From positions 60,938-124,937 of the forward strand of contig JAOTYK010000007.1 in the NCBI GenBank assembly GCA_029861955.1: DNA of 64,000 bases, given 5' to 3'. Under the pieces are notes generated by a model that saw nothing but the letters and a program-made list of their open reading frames with translations, searched no databases and had not been told where the DNA came from. This DNA comes from Acidobacteriota bacterium (GTDB lineage: Bacteria > Acidobacteriota > Polarisedimenticolia > Polarisedimenticolales > Polarisedimenticolaceae). Every line of letters begins with the position of its first letter. Position 1 is the first letter of the stretch. Shown piece by piece: positions 20,694 through 29,700 of the stretch. Both the position numbers and the translations under genes were made by a program.

Positions 20694-21820
20694 GGGTTCC
20701 CTCTGTCTGGTGCCACTCGTAGCTTCTCGAGCGCGTGTTCGTGATTCCAGTCGGCGATGAACAACTGGGCGCCATCCCTCCCCCCACTCTTACGTGACGA
20801 GGTCCAGATCAGCGTCCGACCATCCGGCGACGGAACGGGAAGACCGTCGAACCCATCGGTCTGGGTCACGCGTACCGGCTGCTTTAGTCCGTCGACGTCG
20901 ACGATAAACAGTTCGAAATTGCCGAAGCCATGCTTGTTGGAGGTGAAAATGACGTAGGCGCCCGACGGATGGGGGTACGGCGCCCAACTCATCGATTCGA
21001 ACTCGGTGAGCTGTCGAGGATTGCCACCGTCGGCATCCATCATCCAGATGTCCGCCACGAGGCCGTCAGGAGAAAACCGGCGCCAGACGATCGACTTGCC
21101 ATCCTGGGTGAAGAAAGGCCCTCCGTCGTAGCCGTCGACATCGGTGAGTCGTTGGACGGATTGGCCGTCCGATCGCATCCGATAGATCTCGTTGTAGAAC
21201 GCCGGGTCGACTTCGAGTTGGCGCTGCACTTCCGCTTCTTTCTCGGCGGCCCCGTAGGCGTGACGATTCGACGCAAAGACGATCCAACGACCATTCGGGC
21301 TTACGCTGCCCTCGGCATCGTAGCCACGTGTCCGGGTGAGTCGACGCGATTCACCCTCGGAGGCGGTGACGTAGATCTCCATCTCCGGGTCGTAGTCCCA
21401 GGCGTAGCGACGCTCCTCTCCCGACTCGCGAAGTTCGAACTCCTCTTTCTGCTGCGCGGAGCTTCGGGGGTCGTGGTGCGTGGAGGAATAGAGGATCTCC
21501 TCGCCGCTCCCCATGTAATACGCGCAGGTCGTCTTCCCGACTCCGTTCGACACCCTGCGGGTCTCGCCATCGGTCAGGTCCATCTCGTAAATCTGGTAGA
21601 AGGGGTTTTCCGTCTCCCTCTCGCTCTGGAACACCAGCCGGGATCCATCGGCCGAGAAGTAGCCTTCGCCGGCCCGTCGTCCTTCGAAAGTGAGTTGGCG
21701 GACGCGGTCCAGGAAGCGGCCCTCGGCCGCCGGGTCACCGGCGGGCTCGTCAGAGCCGTAACCCGCTGGCATAAAAAGAATTAGCAGGACTCCGACCAAC
21801 CACCACGCTTGAAACTTCAT
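20690..21820 (-). CDS. TolB-like / PD40 beta-propeller repeat protein, secreted
   Basis: Signal peptide MKFQAWWLVGVLLILFMPAGYG, then repeated PD40-like segments (FSADGSRLVF, SPNGRWIVF, TQDGKSIVW, SPDGRTLIW). Confidence 0.8.
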   Translation of the reverse strand: MKFQAWWLVGVLLILFMPAGYGSDEPAGDPAAEGRFLDRVRQLTFEGRRAGEGYFSADGSRLVFQSERETENPFYQIYEMDLTDGETRRVSNGVGKTTCAYYMGSGEEILYSSTHHDPRSSAQQKEEFELRESGEERRYAWDYDPEMEIYVTASEGESRRLTRTRGYDAEGSVSPNGRWIVFASNRHAYGAAEKEAEVQRQLEVDPAFYNEIYRMRSDGQSVQRLTDVDGYDGGPFFTQDGKSIVWRRFSPDGLVADIWMMDADGGNPRQLTEFESMSWAPYPHPSGAYVIFTSNKHGFGNFELFIVDVDGLKQPVRVTQTDGFDGLPVPSPDGRTLIWTSSRKSGGRDGAQLFIADWNHEHALEKLRVAPDRGNP

Positions 21821-21987
21821 CGCAATCTCTCCTGAGGCAAGACCGGGATTCTATCCGAGGCCCGCCCCGGCGGCACCCGACCCAAGGGGAGCCTGGAGGT
21901 ATTTTGCCTTTTCTGGCCTCCGCCTACGCAAAAAAGTCGCGGCGCGGCCGTCATCGGCGGGTATATAAAACGGACGCGGAGATTCTC

Positions 21988-24900
21988 ATGTCCTTATCGT
22001 GCGCGCCCGGAACGGCGCGTCTTTCGATCTTGATGGCGTTGTTCGCCCTGGCGATCCTGGGGTCGGCCTCCGCCCAGGAGATCACGCTCGTCGACGAGGG
22101 CACGACCACCCGCTACCTGTCCAACGTGACCGACCCCGGCCTGGGCCAGGCGTGGACACAATTCGCGTTCGATGACAGCGGCTGGACGGTGGGCGCGTTG
22201 GGCGTCGGGTATGAATCCAGCACCGGGGCCGAGGCTCTGATCACCACGCCCGTGCCCGTCGGGTCGTGGTCGACGTACACGCGAACGACGTTCAACCTCG
22301 CCGACACCTCGGCGATCCAGAATCTTGTTTTCGGTGTCGACTACGACGATGGCGTCGTCGCGTGGATCAATGGCGTGGAGGTCTACCGCTCCCCCAACAT
22401 GCCGTCGGGCCCTCCTCCCTGGAACGCCGCGCCGTCGACCCACGAATCCAGTAACGGCGCCACACCGTCGTTCGAGGAGACCGACGTCACCACAACGGGG
22501 GGTCCGGTCCTCCAGAACGGAGCCAATACTCTCTCCGTGGGTGTCTGGAACACGTCCGGGGCGTCCTCGGATCTGGTTCTCGTTCCGCGTCTCCGCGCCA
22601 ACGTTCCGGCCACGGTGGTTCGAGGTCCGTATTTACAGATGGTGGGCGACGATTCGATCACGATTCAGTGGCGCACCAGCGTGGCAACCACCAGTGGCGT
22701 CGATTTCGGGACGTTCCCGGGCAACCTCAGTTCCAGCGTCTTGAACTTCTCGACGACTGTCGATCATTCGATCCAGCTAAACGGCCTGGGCGGCGACCAG
22801 ACTTACTACTACGCCGTCGGCACCGTGACGCAACAGCTCGTCGGCAACGACAGCGACCATGTGTTTCGCACGGCGCCGGCGAATCGGGCCGCCATCCCAC
22901 TCCGCATTTGGGTCCTCGGCGACTCGGGTACCGGCGACGCCAACGCCACGGCGGTCAAGGACGCGTACACGACGTTTACATCAGGTGCGAGCACCGATTT
23001 GATCTTCCTGCTGGGTGACAATGCATACCCGAACGGAACCGACCCCGAATATCAGACCAAGCTCTTCGACATGTACGACGATTATTTCGTCTCGACGCCG
23101 GTCTGGTCGGCGATCGGCAATCACGATGCCGCCAGCTCCAACAGCGTCATGCAGGACGGCCCCTATTTCGAGATCTTCGAGTTCCCGACGATGGCGGAGC
23201 TGGGCGGCGTGAGTTCAGGCACCGAGTCTTATTACTCGTTCGACTACGCCAACGTCCACATCGTCGTCCTCGACTCATCCGGCAATCCGCGAATCCCCAC
23301 GTCGCCGATGATGACCTGGCTGGACGCCGACCTGGCGTCGACGGACCAGGACTGGATCATCGCGTTCTGGCACCATCCCCCGTACAGCAAGGGATCCCAC
23401 GACTCGGACACGGAACTCACGATGATCGAGATGCGTCAGTGGGGCGTGCCGATTCTCGACGCCTACGGGGTCGATCTGACGCTCACCGGCCACAGCCACT
23501 CCTACGAACGCAGCTACCTGATCGACGGCCACTACGGTGACTCGACGACATTCATGGAGTCCATGAAGGTCGAGTCGGGCGACGGCGACCCGATGGGTGA
23601 CGGCGAGTACGTCAAGAATGCCGTCGGCCCACTGGCCCACTCCGGCACGGTCCACGTCGTTGCCGGTAGTTCGGGGAAGATCACCGGTGGCGCGCTAGAC
23701 CATCCCGCGATGCTCGAGTCCCTGAACGAGTTGGGATCGTTGGTGATCGAGATCAACAACAACCGCCTCGACTTGAGCTTCCTCAATTCCGCCGGCGCTG
23801 TCAGCGATACCTTCGGCATGTTGAAGGGTTCGGGCTGTTTCGATCCCGATCTCGACGGCATCTGCGCGGAATCCGACAACTGCCCGGACGTCGCCAATGG
23901 ATCGCAGGCCGACCAGGATGCGGACGGTGTCGGAGATGCATGCGATCCCTGTCCGACCGATGTCGGTAACGACGTGGATGGGGACGGACTCTGTGCGAGC
24001 GTCGACAACTGCGACCTGAACGCGAACCCTTTACAGGAAGACAACGACGGCGATGGGAAGGGCGATGTCTGCGACCGGGACGACGACAACGATGGCGTCC
24101 GCGACAACATCGACTGTGCGCCGCTGATCGCCGGCGTCTCGACGCTTCCTGGTGACATTCCCTACGTGACGCAAGATCGGCAGGGCCCGGCTCTGAGGTT
24201 GATCTGGACCCGAGCGGTCCAGGGCCACACCAGCAACGTGTTTCGGGCGACCCGGTCGGCCGGTGGCGCGGTCGGCTTTTTCGACTGCCTCGCACCCGAT
24301 ATTCCGCAGATCGACCTCGTCGATAACGACACGCCACCGGCGGGGGACGTCTACCTCTATCTCGTTAACGGTCACAACGTCTGTGGCGACGGTGGGCTCG
24401 GTGTTGATGGCTTGGGCACGCCGCGCGCCGATCCCGGCGGGTGCTTCGCCGTCTCCGGCGACTTCGATGCCGACGCGGTGATCGATGCGGAAGACAACTG
24501 CTCGTTGATCGCCAACGCCGCTCAGGCCGACTCCGATGGTGACTTCGTCGGAAATGCCTGCGACAACTGTCAGTGGGTCGCCAACCCGCAACAGATCGAC
24601 TCCGACGACGACGGCTACGGGAACGGTTGTAGCGCGACCGACGCCGACGGGGATACGGTCCCGGACGTCGACGATAACTGCACGTTCGTCTTCAACGACA
24701 CTCAGGATGACACCGATTTCGACGGAAACGGTGATGCCTGCGACGTATGCCCCCTGGACAACCCCGGTGACCCGGACGGCGATGGTCTGTGCAGCGCAGA
24801 CGACAACTGTCCCCTGATCGCCAACCCGGGCCAGGAGGACGAGGACGTCGACAACCTGGGCGATGCTTGCGACCTGTGCCCTGGTGACCCGGTCAACGAC

Positions 24901-25761
24901 GTCGATGGCGACGGACTCTGCCAGGGGGACGACAACTGTCCCACCGTCGCCAACCCGGGTCAGAAGGACCTTGACGCCGACGGTGCCGGCGATTCGTGCG
25001 ATGTATGTCCGGCGGACCCCAATGACGACGCGGACGCCGACGGGTTCTGCGGTGACGTCGACAACTGCCAGACGGTCTCCAACCCGACCCAGGCCGACGC
25101 CGATGCCGATGGTGTCGGCGACGCTTGTGACGCGTGCCCGGCCGATCCCGACAACGACGTGGATGGCGACGGAGTCTGTGGCGATGTCGACAACTGCCCC
25201 AACGTCGCCAATCCGGGTCAGGAGGACGCGGACACCGATGGCGTCGGTGACGCCTGCGAAAATCCCGACGCCGATGGCGACGGCGTGCTGGATTTCATGG
25301 ATAACTGTCCCGCGGTGTTCAACCCTCCCCAGACCGACTCCGACCTCGACGGTATCGGTGATGCCTGCGATCTCTGCCCCGCCGATCCGCTGGACGACAT
25401 CGACGGCGACGGTGTCTGCGGCGACGTCGATAACTGCCCCGACACCTTCAACCCGGGACAGGAGGATGCCGACAGCAACGGTATCGGCGACGCCTGTCAG
25501 GCGATGAACGACGTGGATGGCGACGGAATCGCCGACGGATTGGACAATTGTCCTGCGGTGGCCAATACCAACCAGGCCGACGTCGATCTGGACGGGATCG
25601 GAGACGTCTGTGACAACTGCCCGCTCGTGAACAACACGCTGCAGACCGACAACGACGGCGACGGCGTCGGCAATCCCTGTGACAACTGTCGCAACGACCC
25701 CAACCCCGATCAGGCCGATTCCGACGGCGACGGGAAGGGCGATGTGTGTGACTCAAACTGA
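21988..25761 (+). CDS. giant secreted protein: beta-sandwich N-domain + purple-acid-phosphatase-like metallophosphoesterase + thrombospondin type-3 repeats
   Basis: Signal peptide ...LGSASAQE. The full PAP motif set is present: GDSGTGD, GDNAY, GNHD, WHHPPYS, GHSHSYER. The C-terminal 640 aa or so are DxDxDGxGDxCDxCP calcium-loop repeats. The track ORF starts at 21904; ATG 21988 gives the signal peptide. Confidence 0.85.
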   Translation: MSLSCAPGTARLSILMALFALAILGSASAQEITLVDEGTTTRYLSNVTDPGLGQAWTQFAFDDSGWTVGALGVGYESSTGAEALITTPVPVGSWSTYTRTTFNLADTSAIQNLVFGVDYDDGVVAWINGVEVYRSPNMPSGPPPWNAAPSTHESSNGATPSFEETDVTTTGGPVLQNGANTLSVGVWNTSGASSDLVLVPRLRANVPATVVRGPYLQMVGDDSITIQWRTSVATTSGVDFGTFPGNLSSSVLNFSTTVDHSIQLNGLGGDQTYYYAVGTVTQQLVGNDSDHVFRTAPANRAAIPLRIWVLGDSGTGDANATAVKDAYTTFTSGASTDLIFLLGDNAYPNGTDPEYQTKLFDMYDDYFVSTPVWSAIGNHDAASSNSVMQDGPYFEIFEFPTMAELGGVSSGTESYYSFDYANVHIVVLDSSGNPRIPTSPMMTWLDADLASTDQDWIIAFWHHPPYSKGSHDSDTELTMIEMRQWGVPILDAYGVDLTLTGHSHSYERSYLIDGHYGDSTTFMESMKVESGDGDPMGDGEYVKNAVGPLAHSGTVHVVAGSSGKITGGALDHPAMLESLNELGSLVIEINNNRLDLSFLNSAGAVSDTFGMLKGSGCFDPDLDGICAESDNCPDVANGSQADQDADGVGDACDPCPTDVGNDVDGDGLCASVDNCDLNANPLQEDNDGDGKGDVCDRDDDNDGVRDNIDCAPLIAGVSTLPGDIPYVTQDRQGPALRLIWTRAVQGHTSNVFRATRSAGGAVGFFDCLAPDIPQIDLVDNDTPPAGDVYLYLVNGHNVCGDGGLGVDGLGTPRADPGGCFAVSGDFDADAVIDAEDNCSLIANAAQADSDGDFVGNACDNCQWVANPQQIDSDDDGYGNGCSATDADGDTVPDVDDNCTFVFNDTQDDTDFDGNGDACDVCPLDNPGDPDGDGLCSADDNCPLIANPGQEDEDVDNLGDACDLCPGDPVNDVDGDGLCQGDDNCPTVANPGQKDLDADGAGDSCDVCPADPNDDADADGFCGDVDNCQTVSNPTQADADADGVGDACDACPADPDNDVDGDGVCGDVDNCPNVANPGQEDADTDGVGDACENPDADGDGVLDFMDNCPAVFNPPQTDSDLDGIGDACDLCPADPLDDIDGDGVCGDVDNCPDTFNPGQEDADSNGIGDACQAMNDVDGDGIADGLDNCPAVANTNQADVDLDGIGDVCDNCPLVNNTLQTDNDGDGVGNPCDNCRNDPNPDQADSDGDGKGDVCDSN

Positions 25762-25860
25762 CTGACGGATCTTTATCGCGGAAATTCAACGGATATACAG
25801 ATTGGACGGTTCCGCAATTTGGGGGGTGGTGCGCTCCGTCTTTCTTCGTACATAGTAAGG

Positions 25861-26730
25861 ATGCGCGCGGGGACCCCCATTATAAGTATTATAATTGCAA
25901 TCCGAATTGCTTTGATCACCGGGATGCTGCTGGCATCCGCGGCGCTTCTCGCACATCCGGGAATCGACCAACAGATCGTCGATGTAACGGCTCGACTCGA
26001 AGCCGCCCCCAGGGACGCGTCGCTCTACATCAAACGGGGCGAGTTGCATCGCATCCACCGTGAGTGGAATCTCGCACAGAAGGATTTCGATCGTGCCGCG
26101 CGTCTTCAGCAGGATCGTCGCATCGCGCATTTCCATATCGCACGCCTGCAACTGGATCGAGGCGAGCCGAAGAAGGCACTCCGACATGTGAATCTCTACC
26201 TCCGCCACGAATCGAATTCTCTCTCCGGCCACGTGATCCGCGGACAAGCGCTGGCGGAACTCGGTCGCTATCGAGCGGCGGCCGACGCCTACACGCTGGC
26301 TATCGACGGGGTCGTTGAAGGACGGCCACGACCGGATGACTACCTGGAACGAGCCAGAGCTCTGCGATCGGCCGGCGCACAGCACTACGATGAGGCGATT
26401 CGGGGTCTGGAAGATGGCGTCAAACGACTTGGGGCCCCTGTCACGTTGCTACGGCTGGCGATCGAGATCGAGTTGGAGATGGGTCGCACCGATGCAGCAC
26501 TTGCACGCCTCGATCGAATCGCCGACTCTGCCGCCCGTAAGGAACGCTGGCTCAGCGAACGTGGCGACATCCTGACCGACGCCAATCGACCGACGGAGGC
26601 CAGACAGGCCTACCAGGCCGCGCTGAGTGCGATCGGCCGACTCTCCGAGAACCGACGCAGAAACACCGCGACGGAACGACTGGAAGAACATGTTCGAAGC
26701 GCGCTGGAACAGCTGGGAAGTGACGGATAG
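25861..26730 (+). CDS. membrane-anchored/secreted TPR-repeat protein
   Basis: N-terminal hydrophobic segment IISIIIAIRIALITGMLLASAALLA, then TPR-like helical repeats (LYIKRGELHRIHREWNLAQKDFDRAARL...). It ends 3 nt before the next gene. Confidence 0.7.
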   Translation: MRAGTPIISIIIAIRIALITGMLLASAALLAHPGIDQQIVDVTARLEAAPRDASLYIKRGELHRIHREWNLAQKDFDRAARLQQDRRIAHFHIARLQLDRGEPKKALRHVNLYLRHESNSLSGHVIRGQALAELGRYRAAADAYTLAIDGVVEGRPRPDDYLERARALRSAGAQHYDEAIRGLEDGVKRLGAPVTLLRLAIEIELEMGRTDAALARLDRIADSAARKERWLSERGDILTDANRPTEARQAYQAALSAIGRLSENRRRNTATERLEEHVRSALEQLGSDG

Positions 26731-26733
26731 AGA

Positions 26734-29700
26734 ATGGGCGCACGCGTGTACAGACGGCTGATGATTGGCTTGCTCCTTGTTCTAGGGGTCGGCGTCGCGT
26801 TTGCCGAGACGATCGTCGTCGACTTCGGTGGCCCGACGCTGTACAAGGCCAACGACACGGACCCGGCCCTGGGGCTGACCTGGATCGCGCCTGGGTTTGA
26901 CGATGCCCTGTGGGATCCCGGCAACTTCGGTGTCGGCTATGAGACCGGCAGCGGCGCCGAGAATCTGATCCAGTCGATGATCCCTTCGACCAGCCGGTCG
27001 GCCTACACTCGAACCACCTTCAACGTGGCCGACAAGACATCGATCTTCAACATGATTCTCGGCCTCGACTACGACGACGCGGTCATCGTCTGGATGAACG
27101 GACAAGAGGTCTATCGCTCTCCGAATATGCCGCCCGGGCCACCACTCTGGAACACATCGGCGACGGCGGGGCACGAATCCAGCAATGCAGCGGCCCCCGT
27201 GTACGAGCTGTTCGACATCACGTCGATGGCGCTCCCCCACGTGGTCGATGGCGAAAACGTTCTGGCAATCGGCCTGTGGAACCACGGAACTGGCTCCAGT
27301 GACTTCGTGATTGCCCCGCAACTCGTTCTGAATCGGGTCGCCACCGTGACCCGTGGACCGTACCTGCAGATGGCGACACCCGACAGCGTTCGCATTCGAT
27401 GGCGAACCAACATTCCGGTGACGTCCCGTGTGCTCTACGGAGATGCCCCCGGCAACCTGCTCACTCCAGAGATGGACCCCATCCTCAAGCCGGACCACGA
27501 CGTCGAACTGACGGGGCTTCTTGCGGACACCCAGTATTTCTACGCCGTCGGCGACTCATCGACGATCCTCGCCGGTGACGACGCGGATCATCATTTCTTC
27601 ACGGCACCCCTGGTCGGCGTCGCGAAACCGATGCGCATCTGGGTCACCGGCGACTCCGGGACGGCCAATCTCGCTGCTCAGGATGTCCGCGATGCGTACC
27701 TGGCGTTTACCGCCGGAACTCGAACGGATTTCTGGCTGCTGCTGGGGGACAACGCGTATCCGTCTGGAACCGACCAGGAATACCAGGCGGCGTTCTTCGA
27801 CATGTACCCGACGATCCTTCGTCAGGTCAGCTCGTGGTCGACGATCGGCAATCATGACATCGTGAATCGAGGGTTGGAGACCGGCGCCTACTTCGACATC
27901 TTTTCCTTACCGTCAAACGCCGAGGCCGGCGGCCTGGTGTCGGGTACCGAGGCGTATTACTCATTCGATTACGGGAATATCCACTTCATCGTGCTGGACT
28001 CGTCGGGCACCGACCGGTCCGGCACGGGCACGATGATGACCTGGCTCGAGGACGACATCGCCGACACCAGTCAGGACTGGGTCGTCGCGTTCTGGCATCA
28101 CCCGCCGTACAGCAAGGGCTCTCACGATTCCGACACCGAAACGCCACTAATCGAGATGCGGACCAACGCGCTGCCCATCCTCGAGGACTACGGCGTCGAT
28201 CTTGTCCTTTCGGGACACAGCCACTCTTACGAACGGTCGTACCTCATCGACGGTCATTACGGAGACTCCACGACCTACGACGACCAGACGATGGAGTTGA
28301 ACGGCGGCGATGGACGGGTTACCGGCGACGGCCCGTATATCAAGACGCTCCTCGGTCCGGACCCGCATGCCGGGTCGGTCTACGTCGTGGCCGGAAGCTC
28401 GGGGCAACTGGGTGGCGGGACCCTGGATTACCCGGCCCACTACTTCGGGCTCCTCGAGCGCGGTTCGGTGGCGCTGGATGTGAATGGCCAACGACTCGAC
28501 GCGACGTTCATCGATCGGTTCGGAGCCGTTCGCGATACATGGACCATGATCAAGGGTCCCAATCCGTTGATGCCCGACGCGGAGTTCTCGACGTCGGCGG
28601 TACTAGGATTGATGCCGTTGAGCATCGACTTCTTCGACCTCTCGACCAACACGCCGACGAGTTGGGCCTGGGACTTCGAGAACGACGGCCAGCCGGACAG
28701 CGTGGCTCAGAACCCGACGCACTCCTACACCAACCCCGGGATTTACACGGTGGCCCTCGATGCGGGCAACATCTACGGCGTCGACGCCGAGATCAAGATC
28801 GACCAGGTCTGTGTCTACGAGAATGACCCGTCCCTGGTCGATGGCGCTGCATTCGAGTCATCGACCCGCCTGATCTGGAACGGCTACGCCGCCGGTCAGG
28901 CCTACGACACGATCCGTGGCGGGTTGCTGGACCTGCAGACCCTCGGGCTGAGCGGCACGCCGCTGACCTGCATCGAGAACGACGATGCCGATCTCCACGC
29001 AGATGACGCCACCCTCCCCGCAGCCGGTGATGGCTTCTTCTATCTGGTTCGCGCCGGCGACTGCGCAAACCGTACCGGAAGCTTCGACACGACGGGAATC
29101 GGTCAGCTCGAGTCTCGCGATCCGGCGCTCCAGGCCTCGGGCTCGGTCTGCAGCTGCGCCACCGGTGACGATATCGACGGCGACGCTCTCTGCGACCTGT
29201 TCGACGACTGCAAGGATACGGACGGCGATGGCTTCGGAAACCCGGGCTACCCTCAGGACACCTGCCCCACCGATAACTGCCCGGACATCAACAACGTTCC
29301 GCAGACCGATAGCGACATGGATCTCCTGGGTGATGCCTGCGATGTTTGCGCCCTGGATCCGGATAATGACATCGATGGCGATGGGGCCTGCGGTGATGTC
29401 GACAACTGTCCGGTCACCTCCAACCCGACACAGCTGGACACCGACAGTGACGGACCGGGCGACGCCTGTGACACTTGCACCGACACCGACGGGGACGGCT
29501 TCGGCAATCCGGGGTTCCCCGTCAACAGCTGCCCGGACGACAACTGCCCGATCGTTTCGAACGTCGGCCAGGGTAATGCCGACGGCGACATGCTGGGTGA
29601 CGCGTGCGATGCCTGCCCCGCTGACGCCGACAACGATCTGGACGGCGACACGATCTGTGGCGACGTCGATAATTGCCCGACGGTCTCCAACATCGGGCAG

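Noticed and set aside
21821-21987. Pho box upstream of the phosphoesterase genes.
   Set aside because: There is only one partial half-site-like CGTCAT and no properly spaced second half. The GGAGG...CCTCC inverted repeat has a 17-nt loop and is weak. The sequence gives no support for PhoB control.
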